Below are positions 56,510-64,000 of a DNA stretch of 64,000 nt, piece by piece (within the stretch, counting starts at the first letter, position 1; every line of letters begins with the position of its first letter). The position numbers were made by a program, and so were the translations under genes. Source of the stretch: an uncultured Bacteroidia bacterium (GTDB lineage: Bacteria; Bacteroidota; Bacteroidia; Bacteroidales; ML635J-15); assembly GCA_902800045.1 (NCBI GenBank), contig CADCCZ010000006.1, positions 66,174-130,173 of the forward strand, read 5' to 3'. The notes under the pieces are model-generated. The model made no database searches and was not told the DNA's origin. It saw only the letters and a program-made list of their open reading frames with translations.

Positions 56510-57779
56510 ATTGGATTCTTACATCGTTATTGTTTAAACGCAACACACCAGGCATGGTTCCTTGATTATATCCCATATCAGACAATGTATTTTCTACGGA
56601 GAAACATTGTTCAAACCCCGAATACACCACATATCGCTGATTTTCACCAAAGAAAATCTCTGCTCTGTATTTTCCTGCATTTATTGTATATGGTTTTAAT
56701 TCAAAATCAACAGAATAGAAACCTATTTTCGAGTCTTTTTCACCTATTTCACCGATTGCTTGCCCCACTTGAAAAACAGTCACGTTATCCAATGTAACAA
56801 CTTTCATATTAACATCGAGCATCGCATTTTCTTTACAACACTTAAATGTCAATCTGAATTTTATTCCCGATTCAATATCTATCTGTGTCCGTCCATCTCC
56901 AGCAATAATTTCAAATGATTTTATACGGATAACATCGTTACCAGGAGCTTTAGCAAGGTCATCAAAATATTGATTTTCAGAGCTACCACTTTCTCCGATA
57001 TAATAATCAACCGTTTCTTTGACCCCTCCAACATACTTTAAAGAACCATTTTCTAACATAACACCAGTCTTACACAAAGACTTTATACTCGCCATATTAT
57101 GACTAACAAACAGCACTGTCCTTCCCTCTCCTTTGCTTACATCTTGCATCTTACCAATAGCCTTCTTCTGGAATTCGGCATCACCAACAGCAAGCACCTC
57201 ATCAACCACAAGGATTTCAGGGTCGAGATGGGCGGCAATGGCAAAGCCAAGACGAACGGTCATTCCGCTGGAGTAGCGTTTAACTGGGGTGTCAATGTAG
57301 CGTTCGCAACCAGAGAAATCTACAATTTCATCAAGCTTGCGGGTAATTTCCTGCTTGGTCATACCCATAATGGCACCATTCATATAGATGTTTTCGCGGC
57401 CAGTCATTTCGGGATGAAAACCTGTGCCGACCTCAAGGAGAGAGGCTATACGACCTTTGTACTTTATGCTACCTGTTGTAGGTTTGGTTACACGCGATAG
57501 CAATTTCAGCAAGGTGGATTTGCCTGCACCGTTCTTGCCGATAATACCTACGACATCGCCCTGCTCGATTTCCATGTTTATGTCTTTGAGCGCCCACACA
57601 TATTCACTGTCAGCCTTTTGGGAACGGTCGTTCACAGAACCGATTTTAAGGTATGGGTCTTCCTTGCGAAGAATTTTGGTTGTCCACCACCTGTTCAGGT
57701 CGTGGCTCAATGTTCCCGTCGAGATTACACCCAGACGATATTGCTTCGAAACGTTTTCTATTTTTATTGCTGTTGACAT
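56499..57779 (-). CDS. wzt: O-antigen/glycan ABC transporter ATP-binding protein Wzt with extra C-terminal domain
   Basis: GIIGKNGAGKSTLLK (Walker A), YSSGM (signature), ILVVDEVLAVGD (Walker B), and about 170 extra C-terminal residues. The start was set at the ATG at 57779 (MSTAIKIENV). Confidence 0.85.
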   Translation of the reverse strand: MSTAIKIENVSKQYRLGVISTGTLSHDLNRWWTTKILRKEDPYLKIGSVNDRSQKADSEYVWALKDINMEIEQGDVVGIIGKNGAGKSTLLKLLSRVTKPTTGSIKYKGRIASLLEVGTGFHPEMTGRENIYMNGAIMGMTKQEITRKLDEIVDFSGCERYIDTPVKRYSSGMTVRLGFAIAAHLDPEILVVDEVLAVGDAEFQKKAIGKMQDVSKGEGRTVLFVSHNMASIKSLCKTGVMLENGSLKYVGGVKETVDYYIGESGSSENQYFDDLAKAPGNDVIRIKSFEIIAGDGRTQIDIESGIKFRLTFKCCKENAMLDVNMKVVTLDNVTVFQVGQAIGEIGEKDSKIGFYSVDFELKPYTINAGKYRAEIFFGENQRYVVYSGFEQCFSVENTLSDMGYNQGTMPGVLRLNNNDVRIQYEG

Positions 57780-57785
57780 AGACGG

Positions 57786-57793
57786 CAAAATTA
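57786..57793 (-). promoter_or_regulatory. -7-like box (TAATTTTG on minus strand) only 6 nt upstream of the wzt ATG
   Basis: Plus-strand caaaatta. If functional, it would give a leaderless or near-leaderless wzt mRNA. Confidence 0.3.
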
Positions 57794-57802
57794 ATTAATA
57801 AT

Positions 57803-57935
57803 TGACAATGGGCAATGGATAATTGATAATTGATAATGGATAATTGATAATGGATAATTGACAATGGATAATGGATAATTGATAATGGATAATGGACAAT
57901 GGACAATTGATAATTGATAATGGACAATGGATAAT
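57803..57935. repeat. 19-unit heptamer array (KGAYAAT)
   Basis: tgacaat gggcaat ggataat tgataat ... ggacaat ggataat = 133 bp = 19 x 7. The last nucleotide overlaps the abiEii stop codon. Confidence 0.95.
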
Positions 57936-58921
57936 TATTTGTGGTGAGATGTTATTATACCTATAATCCTTATCATAGCTTGAAAAATATCATCTGCAGA
58001 AGGTATTTCCTTATATGACAATTCGGGCAGTTCTCGCAGATATGTTGACTGCAGTCGTTCCCAGACTCCTCGAAAATCTTTAAGTAAAGGTGATTCTGCA
58101 ATATCTCGTTTTTGCCATCCGACAGGTCTCTGAAATGTAACCATGTCATGGTTAAGCAAATTTTCGAAATCTTTATTAAAATCAATGCTTTGCATATATT
58201 TCATGCACTTCTCATCATTTGTCAGATAATATAAATCATAGAAATGACGTATATGAGCATTCAAATCAACAATATAATCGTCACCCATTGAACACCTAAC
58301 TAGCGAAACTAACTTCTCTGTCATAGTTCTTCGCCTATCAAGCACAGTCATGTTGAACGATTGCATTTCATAATCCGCAATTATATCCTGTCGATTTTTC
58401 GCATTCAGAAAATCTGTTACAAAACTATTTATTTGCCGCGTTTCACAAGGATAGGGATTTGCAAATGAATTTATTTCCAAAAGGATCTCTCCATGTTTGA
58501 ATGCATTTGAGGCATTAGGTATATCTGAAATTGTAGGATAAGCAAAAAAAGCTTTATAATAATGAGACCCTTTACTTGTTAAACCGACTTTGGGAATTTC
58601 CTCCAATTCCCAAGACATGATATGAGCAGTCTTTTTTATGATGTTCTTTAATTGATTGCCTGTCATTTGCTCCGAATTTGCAATTGCAATATCAATATCT
58701 TCCGAGAATCTGGAGCCTATGCCATAGGCTTTTGTCAAACTTGTTCCTCCTTTAAAAACAGCATGACAATCCTTATCAGCAGCAGCAAGCAGCTGAAGAC
58801 TTCTACATATCCAATAGTCCTTCTCAACAAATTCGCGCTTTATGCGAAAATGCTGAGAAGTCATTTCTACAGCCTGCGAGAAAAGCTCTTTATTTTTATG
58901 CAAATTCATACAATCCTCCAT
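57935..58921 (-). CDS. abiEii: Nucleotidyltransferase AbiEii/AbiGii-family toxin
   Basis: FKGGTSLTKAYGIGSRFSEDIDIAI (GG[ST]...RxSxDxD NTase motif). An alternative ATG at 58909 gives an ATGA overlap with abiEi. Confidence 0.8.
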   Translation of the reverse strand: MEDCMNLHKNKELFSQAVEMTSQHFRIKREFVEKDYWICRSLQLLAAADKDCHAVFKGGTSLTKAYGIGSRFSEDIDIAIANSEQMTGNQLKNIIKKTAHIMSWELEEIPKVGLTSKGSHYYKAFFAYPTISDIPNASNAFKHGEILLEINSFANPYPCETRQINSFVTDFLNAKNRQDIIADYEMQSFNMTVLDRRRTMTEKLVSLVRCSMGDDYIVDLNAHIRHFYDLYYLTNDEKCMKYMQSIDFNKDFENLLNHDMVTFQRPVGWQKRDIAESPLLKDFRGVWERLQSTYLRELPELSYKEIPSADDIFQAMIRIIGIITSHHK

Positions 58922-59625
58922 TCTTTAGCATTAGGCAAGGCATTTTCGGAAATACCCAATTTATACACAGTTGCTGCATTTAGCGACTTTTTCAATGACA
59001 CAGCATCGTCGCCAATGCACTCCAACAGCGCACCCAGCACGGCTCGCACCGAACTTGTATATGACAAAGCAAGACGAGCAATATCTTTTCGCTCTTTTAT
59101 ATTCAGCGCGGCCAATATATTCTTTATAACCGCAATTGCAGCATCAGGTGTCGTTGCCGGAATATGACGAATAAATCTTATCGCATCCAACAATTGTAAC
59201 AAATGCACGTTATTCCTTGTAATTACATTATGTTGTAACACAAAATTTATTTTGTTTTCGCCTCGCATTATAGCACGTCGATACGTATTAGTGCCAATAT
59301 GATATGCAGAAGATATTTGTGTAGTAAGCCCCATTTGTGCAAAAGCGCGAGTTCCTGTAATGTATCCGATTATTGATTTCCCCTTATACAAAAATTCGCG
59401 TAACAACCAATCACTTGATGGAGGCATAATTCCAAATACAGATTGCTTCGGCTTATCGTATTTACCCTTTGACAATTTCCTTATCTCACCATCGCGAACC
59501 ATTTTATTGAGTATCCTACTCACAACTGAAGGACTTTTCACAACATCATAGAAATCGGATGATGTGAAAACATATCCAGCCCTAAACCTATTTATCTTAT
59601 TTCTAACTAAATCAATATTTTGCAT
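58906..59625 (-). CDS. abiEi: AbiEi-family antitoxin/transcriptional regulator (N-terminal wHTH)
   Basis: FTSSDFYD....PSVVSRILNKMVRDGEIRKLSKGKY (wHTH). Positioned immediately upstream of and overlapping the AbiEii gene. Confidence 0.65.
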   Translation of the reverse strand: MQNIDLVRNKINRFRAGYVFTSSDFYDVVKSPSVVSRILNKMVRDGEIRKLSKGKYDKPKQSVFGIMPPSSDWLLREFLYKGKSIIGYITGTRAFAQMGLTTQISSAYHIGTNTYRRAIMRGENKINFVLQHNVITRNNVHLLQLLDAIRFIRHIPATTPDAAIAVIKNILAALNIKERKDIARLALSYTSSVRAVLGALLECIGDDAVSLKKSLNAATVYKLGISENALPNAKEWRIV

Positions 59626-59656
59626 ATCATAATTCAGAATACCAAAAAACTAAAAA

Positions 59657-59697
59657 AAGTCAAGTTTTTTACGTAAATAAATTGACTTGCAAAAATA
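59657..59697 (-). promoter_or_regulatory. -7 box (TATTTTTG; plus-strand caaaaata 59690-59697) followed by inverted repeat AAGTCAA-18 nt-TTGACTT (59657-59688); candidate AbiEi operator
   Basis: Read directly. The inverted repeat lies between the box and the abiEi ATG (59625). Confidence 0.35.
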
Positions 59698-59732
59698 AGA
59701 AATATTTTTTATTCCGGCAAATACGAACAAAT

Positions 59733-60232
59733 GGATAATTGATAATTGATAATGGATAATTGATAATTGATAATGGATAATTGATAATGGATAATGGATA
59801 ATGGATAATGGATAATGGATAATGGACAATGGATAATGGACAATGGATAATGGACAATGGACAATGGACAATGGACAATGGACAATGGATAATGGATAAT
59901 GGACAATGGATAATGGATAATTGACAATGGATAATGGATAATGGACAATGGACAATGGATAATGGATAATGGACAATGGATAATGGATAATGGACAATGG
60001 ATAATGGATAATTGATAATGGATAATTGATAATGGATAATGGATAATGGACAATGGATAATGGACAATGGATAATGGATAATGGACAATGGATAATGGAT
60101 AATTGACAATGGATAATGGATAATGGACAATGGACAATGGATAATGGATAATGGATAATGGATAATGGATAATTGATAATAATGGATAATTGATAATGGA
60201 TAATTGATAATGGATAATGGACAATGGATAAT
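59733..60232. repeat. 71-unit heptamer array (KGAYAAT) with one 3-nt AAT insertion
   Basis: Counted unit by unit: 41 GGATAAT, 18 GGACAAT, 10 TGATAAT, 2 TGACAAT, plus aat at 60181-60183, for 500 bp in total. Confidence 0.97.
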
Positions 60233-60240
60233 TATTTTGA

Positions 60241-60299
60241 ACATCGACGCAAAGCATTGCGTCGCTACTGGGGTGCCGATATTTATTGTATAAATCATT
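60241..60299. repeat. Left copy of a 59-bp direct repeat flanking the hipBA module
   Basis: acatcgacgcaaagcattgcgtcgctacTggggtgccgatatttattgtataaatcatt. 58/59 identical to 62281-62339. Contains the hairpin CGACGCAAagcaTTGCGTCG+CTAC. Confidence 0.9.
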
Positions 60300-60322
60300 A
60301 CGCTTGCGTTCGACGCGCCATT

Positions 60323-61834
60323 CTATTTAATCAAGAATTCATCGACATACCTTTGCGTCATTTCTGCAGACATGTGTTTCCATCCAGCATCCATAATCTT
60401 GCGCGCCAATGAACTATTTGCACCAAACACATACCGCTTGCATTCGCCATCCACTTTTGCACACAACTGAATATCATGCTTACGCGTCATCCTCCAGTGC
60501 ACATCACTAATCGCACGACCATCAGATGTCATATAATCGGGGACAGGCGTCGGCATATAATGCGTCATACCTCCAATATACCTCTCAGGCAACAAACCTG
60601 CCAGATACTCCTCTATCTTGTCCGCCCAGTAATCATCTACGCCTTGAGCTTTGAGATAAGACCAACATTCGGACAGTACACGACAAACCTTATCAATCTT
60701 ACCCTGAGCCCTTCCTATACTATTATCCGCTGCAAAACGGAGCAAGTCGCTTTCTGTTATATCCGACAATTTACCACCAACTGACAGGCAATGATTATTC
60801 TCATAACCAGATGTTTCCGGATTGGATGTAAAAGTCATGTCATAGGCTGGAGCTATATGCCACTCTCCATTCTCTACCATCTGGAATGAGAAGTTCTTCT
60901 GATGGTCGTCAACATTTCCGCCAAACACATTAAACACCATGCGCATAAACAACTCGTCTTGCTCGCCCTGCGGTATCTGAAGCATACGCGACACACGCAT
61001 CAAATCATCGTAACTATCCGCACTAGTACTCATCGCAGCCAAAGTCTGCGTATGGATTCTTTTCCCTCTCTGCCTGTCGAACCGCTCAGTCAAGAAATGC
61101 TTCTTTCCGTCAATCTCAACCAACCGAGACGGCATCATCCTTATACCTATAGCTTTTGCCATCTCGTAGTATGCCTGTTCGACCAATGTATATGGGAACC
61201 GATCAGTCTCAGCGAACTTTAATATATAATAAGTGTAATCTGCACCAAAATCAATCTGACCGGAACGTATTTCTTGCGTCTCGTTGTGAATCGCAATGAT
61301 GGCTTTCGGATGCTTTCCTCCAGCAGATGTTCCTATAGAATATAGACTTTGCAGTGTCAACGATTCTTCAGGCAAAACCATAACGTCCATCCGCTCTTCG
61401 AAAATACGTTGCGCCAACGAATACAAACTAGACAATGCCAACTCTCCTGGAATAGCAGACAACCCTACTGCCGGACGAAACTCCAAAGCCCCCATTCCCC
61501 TACTACCTATATAGGCCAATTTATCAACCGGTGTAATATCCTTTGAACGAATGTTATTCTCCTTTGCCCAGCATTCAAACACCAAACTTCCCCATTTATC
61601 CGGCAACGAATCGGCAATAAACGGCGGCAACCCCTGATAAACAGGTTCACTGCTTCCCAATATGGGACGAGCAGCAGCAACACTATGAATCGATGCGCAC
61701 AATGGCGCAATGTCAATTCCTGCACTTATGAATGCTGGATTGTACTCAAACACAGCCCTTGAAAGTTTCTTGTCCCAATATATGCGACCAACCTCCCGAT
61801 TCCACAACAATATAGACAGCACATTATTTTGCAT
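60323..61834 (-). CDS. hipA: HipA-family Ser/Thr kinase toxin (full length, with about 60-aa C-terminal extension)
   Basis: N-terminal subdomain (VGRIYWD...AVFEYNP, LPPFIADSLPDKWG), SAGGKHPKA, LTERFDR, and GGNVDDHQKNFSF (catalytic loop). The start was set at the ATG at 61834 because the track start is a GTG. Confidence 0.85.
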   Translation of the reverse strand: MQNNVLSILLWNREVGRIYWDKKLSRAVFEYNPAFISAGIDIAPLCASIHSVAAARPILGSSEPVYQGLPPFIADSLPDKWGSLVFECWAKENNIRSKDITPVDKLAYIGSRGMGALEFRPAVGLSAIPGELALSSLYSLAQRIFEERMDVMVLPEESLTLQSLYSIGTSAGGKHPKAIIAIHNETQEIRSGQIDFGADYTYYILKFAETDRFPYTLVEQAYYEMAKAIGIRMMPSRLVEIDGKKHFLTERFDRQRGKRIHTQTLAAMSTSADSYDDLMRVSRMLQIPQGEQDELFMRMVFNVFGGNVDDHQKNFSFQMVENGEWHIAPAYDMTFTSNPETSGYENNHCLSVGGKLSDITESDLLRFAADNSIGRAQGKIDKVCRVLSECWSYLKAQGVDDYWADKIEEYLAGLLPERYIGGMTHYMPTPVPDYMTSDGRAISDVHWRMTRKHDIQLCAKVDGECKRYVFGANSSLARKIMDAGWKHMSAEMTQRYVDEFLIK

Positions 61835-62144
61835 GGCGTACACGTTTCGGTTTCTTAGCGTTAAGCTTAGACATCATATAGGGCGAAAGCGGTATTGGAG
61901 GGAACAATTCATTTATCGACTCCAACCGCCCCACAATCCGCAACAGTGACAACAAATTGCCAAGCGTAATATTCTTTGCCTTGCCTGTCTCAAAGTTACG
62001 GATTGTTATCAGGCTGACGCCAACCTTTTCCGCCACTTCATGCTGTGTCAAATTTGCATTCAGACGATAGTCTCTAAATTGTTCACCTAACGACTGCACT
62101 ATCTCCGCATTCGACATTCCCAATATGTTATCTGCGTCTATCAT
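61824..62144 (-). CDS. hipB: XRE-family HTH protein (HipB-like antitoxin)
   Basis: LTQHEVAEKVGVSLITIRNFETGKAKNITLGNLLSLLRIVG. Overlaps hipA by 11 nt. Confidence 0.65.
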   Translation of the reverse strand: MIDADNILGMSNAEIVQSLGEQFRDYRLNANLTQHEVAEKVGVSLITIRNFETGKAKNITLGNLLSLLRIVGRLESINELFPPIPLSPYMMSKLNAKKPKRVRHAK

Positions 62145-62169
62145 TATTGTCTAAATAAAAAAAACGCCA

Positions 62170-62177
62170 CAAAGGTA
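62170..62177 (-). promoter_or_regulatory. -7 promoter box (TACCTTTG on minus strand)
   Basis: Plus-strand caaaggta lies 25 nt upstream of the 62144 ATG. Confidence 0.4.
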
Positions 62178-62280
62178 AAAAAAATTTCCAATAAATACAA
62201 ATATTACATCTAAAGGACAACAAATTTTCTGTTATATAAATTTTTAGATGTAATTTGGAGGCGTTTATATGCATGTGTAA

Positions 62281-62339
62281 ACATCGACGCAAAGCATTGC
62301 GTCGCTACAGGGGTGCCGATATTTATTGTATAAATCATT
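62281..62339. repeat. Right copy of the 59-bp direct repeat flanking the hipBA module
   Basis: Offset is exactly 2040 bp from the left copy, with one mismatch (A for T at repeat position 29). Confidence 0.9.
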
Positions 62340-62699
62340 TAATTATTACGTTCTATTTGTCCGAAACGCAACCATTTTTTTAGGGAACTATATACAAGTT
62401 GACTAAATTTTGTGCTATTAAACTGTCATTGCTTGTTTCACTGCGCGAGCTAAAGGTTCCGCAAGTTAGAACAATAACGCGATACGGAACGGGGAGCGTA
62501 ATATTGTTCAACTGTGCGGAATCTCCTATAGAAACGTTTTCAATTGGAGATTACTCACTCCGTTTCGTGAAGGAGTTCCGCATAAACGAACTCACAAGCA
62601 ACGTTCCTTATGCTGTTCGTTCTGTTTTACGGAATGACTCAGAGGGCATAGGACAAAAGCACATTGCGTCAACACGTATATAGCTACTTTTTTTTATTT

Positions 62700-62822
62700 G
62701 TCGTTGCTCGTTTATTAGTCGTTGCTCGCAACGGCTCTACGGGGTTTGGATATTGTCAGTCGTTGCTCGCAACGGCTCTACGGGGTTTGGATATTGTCAG
62801 TCGTTGCTCGCAACGACTCTAC
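62700..62822. repeat. Tandem 41-bp repeat (2 full units + partial units), each carrying the GTCGTTGCtcGCAACGrC hairpin + TCTAC
   Basis: gtcgttgctcgcaacggctctacggggtttggatattgtca at 62718-62758 and 62759-62799. The partial unit at 62800-62822 is identical to 22610-22632. Confidence 0.9.
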
Positions 62823-63750
62823 AACATTCCAATGACCGCCCTTGTCGGGGCCAACACGAACAATAAATCCTTTTTCTCGTAATGTATTTAAATGAACACG
62901 TATAGTATCCCTATGCTTCCCTGTCATATCAGACAACTTATCATAGGTAATCTTTGGATTATCCTTTAACAACGAAACTATCAAAACATCTAAATCATCC
63001 AATTTTTCAGGCGGATTTTCAGGCGGATTTTCAGGCGGATTTTCAGGCGGATTTTCAGGCGGATTTTCAGGCGGATTTTCTATGATTGTTCTCTTAACAT
63101 CCAGCCTCCTGAACACCACCAAAGCACAGTCCATCTTTTCATCACGGAAACTTACGAGCTTGGAATCTTCTTCATTCCATTGCTGCATCTTGTCAAATCC
63201 AAAACCAGCATTCTCGCACAACTTTGCGCAACGGAACAATTTGGCAATAACAGGATTGCGAGGAATTGAAACATCAGTACGCAGCAGTTCGTCAATTGGA
63301 CGAGGGAAACCGCCTGGATTTTCAAACTCAATCCGATCTGTAAACACCCTTATCCGCGACTTCATCGGACTGAAATAATCAGCATGCATAAGCATATTTA
63401 CCAAGGCCTCACGGAGAGCATCCAACTTAGGCGACTCTTCAATGCCAACACCCATCTGGTTTATTCCCACAAAAACATTATCCGCATACAATCTAAGTCT
63501 CTGTATTATAGCCAGATAATATTCCCAAATATTTTCCATTTCCGAAATTCGGAATGTATATCGGTTCGTAGCATTGGCATACGATGTTCCTGGAATCTCA
63601 AAATAATCAATTCTAAAATCTGCAAAATGGTGTCCTATTGACAATTCGTTACCAAACATCAGTAAGCCTCCGTATGTAAGATTGCCATTCTTGGCAATCT
63701 GCAATTTCTCGCAAAATTCAGTATCGTCCAGATTATTATGGACATTTAAC
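62778..63750 (-). pseudogene. 5'-truncated paralog of the AlbA_2/HATPase_c_4 regulator (AlbA_2 domain missing)
   Basis: There is no ATG; the frame is open from the stop at about 63750. NNLDDTEFCEKLQIAKNGNLTYGGLLMFG aligns with residues about 195-225 of the 546-aa paralog. LREALVNMLMHADY is retained. A (PPEN)x6 linker is encoded by a 12-bp tandem repeat (63008-63079). The 3' end runs into the 41-bp repeat. Confidence 0.6.
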
Positions 63751-63798
63751 TATTTTTTATTTATTGAGACGTTGCACGCAACGTCGCTACAAATTTTA

Positions 63799-63847
63799 AT
63801 TATTCATTGTCAATTATCAATTGTCCATTGTCAATTGTTAATTGTTA
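63799..63847. repeat. 7-unit heptamer array in inverted orientation (ATTRTCM)
   Basis: attattc attgtca attatca attgtcc attgtca attgtta attgtta. The last unit contains the wzm stop codon. Confidence 0.8.
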
Positions 63848-64000
63848 AACGGTGTCCATGAAATCTTTTTCCACCTTATTGAATATAATTATTCCCACGA
63901 ACAGCATCAGCAGCATAAACCCGAAACTGTATGCCAGCCACAGCCACGAGAATGTACCCTGCCCTATGGCGCCATACTTGAAGGTCTCGATTATGGATGT
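63845..64000 (-). CDS. wzm: C-terminal 51 codons of an ABC-2 type glycan-export permease (Wzm); 5' end outside the window
   Basis: My translation: ...TFKYGAIGQGTFSWLWLAYSFGFMLLMLFVGIIIFNKVEKDFMDTV*. It shows a terminal TM helix plus an F.KVEK.F.D.V tail typical of Wzm/TagG. The ORF is not in the track because it is under 60 aa within the window. Confidence 0.55.
   Translation of the reverse strand, partial: TSIIETFKYGAIGQGTFSWLWLAYSFGFMLLMLFVGIIIFNKVEKDFMDTV

Noticed and set aside
59733-60232. Possible CRISPR array
   Set aside because: The period is 7 bp with no unique spacers, and no cas genes are present. It is a simple tandem repeat.
59733-60232. Reading the four heptamer variants as an information-bearing 2-bit code
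   Set aside because: The variant order shows runs and an internal 26-unit duplication typical of slippage and unequal crossing-over. There is no evidence for anything beyond repeat evolution.
59650-60298. Three overlapping minus-strand ORFs (115, 209 and 182 aa) encoding HYPLSII-type repeats
   Set aside because: All three frames are open only because the heptamer ATTATCC/ATTGTCC lacks stop codons on that strand. The ORFs start inside a REP-like hairpin or spacer, have no promoter box, and overlap each other completely. I treat them as translation artefacts of the repeat array.
62399-62683. 94-aa ORF as a protein-coding gene
   Set aside because: It has a TTG start, no internal Met and no promoter box, and the sequence is dominated by local stem-loops. 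It is reported instead as a candidate ncRNA or decayed sequence.
57803-63847. Invertible segment bounded by oppositely oriented heptamer arrays (57803-57935 versus 63799-63847)
   Set aside because: The orientation is compatible with inversion. However, no invertase or recombinase gene is present, and inversion would put all cargo genes antisense to the operon. No sequence evidence of the alternative orientation can be obtained from a single window.
25486-64000. Bacteroides-type capsular polysaccharide locus with UpxY/UpxZ and an invertible promoter
   Set aside because: No UpxY (NusG-like) or UpxZ ORF, no Wzx/Wzy pair and no flanking inverted-repeat promoter were seen. The wzm/wzt genes point to an ABC-transporter-dependent pathway instead.

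Overview
Bacteroidota (Bacteroidales-like) chromosomal segment. The phylum call rests on a T9SS C-terminal sorting domain, TAnnTTTG -7 promoter boxes upstream of more than 10 genes, and the absence of Shine-Dalgarno sequences. The left part (1-25.1 kb) holds housekeeping genes: a GT2, a 1384-aa gingipain-like C25 peptidase, gcvP, mutS2, an ftsB-like gene, holA, gmhB, a MutS-domain-V ATPase, pfkA and priA. These genes are separated by unusually long spacers built from 7-8 bp two-state word arrays and GC-rich hairpins. Between the C25 gene and gcvP lies a ~5.5 kb AT-rich accessory island. It carries an orphan AAA+ ATPase and a three-gene cassette (HAD_SAK-like phosphatase, tandem PD-(D/E)xK nuclease, WYL regulator). 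This cassette sits exactly between the two halves of a palindromic repeat that is intact 1.4 kb away, and it is my top candidate for an undescribed conflict/defence system. The right part (25.5-64 kb) is entirely on the minus strand and is an ABC-transporter (wzm/wzt) dependent glycan/O-antigen-type locus. It contains a dTDP-3-formamido-3,6-dideoxyhexose pathway (FdtA/FdtB-like/formyltransferase). It also contains a WecE+WecD + polyprenyl-P GT2 + ArnE/F-like + twin GT-C-like periplasmic modification module, plus many glycosyltransferases. Many co-oriented selfish or conflict modules are interleaved with these genes: hipBA, a hipBST-like trio, abiEi/abiEii, a DUF3791/DUF3990-like pair, a TM protein + Cas2-like pair, four orphan ATPases, and AlbA_2-type regulators. 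Several of these are bracketed by direct repeats, gene-start duplications or heptamer arrays, and wzm and wzt are split by ~6 kb of such cargo. I recognised no rRNA, tRNA, CRISPR array, transposase or integrase. All homology statements come from reading motifs by eye; no searches were run.
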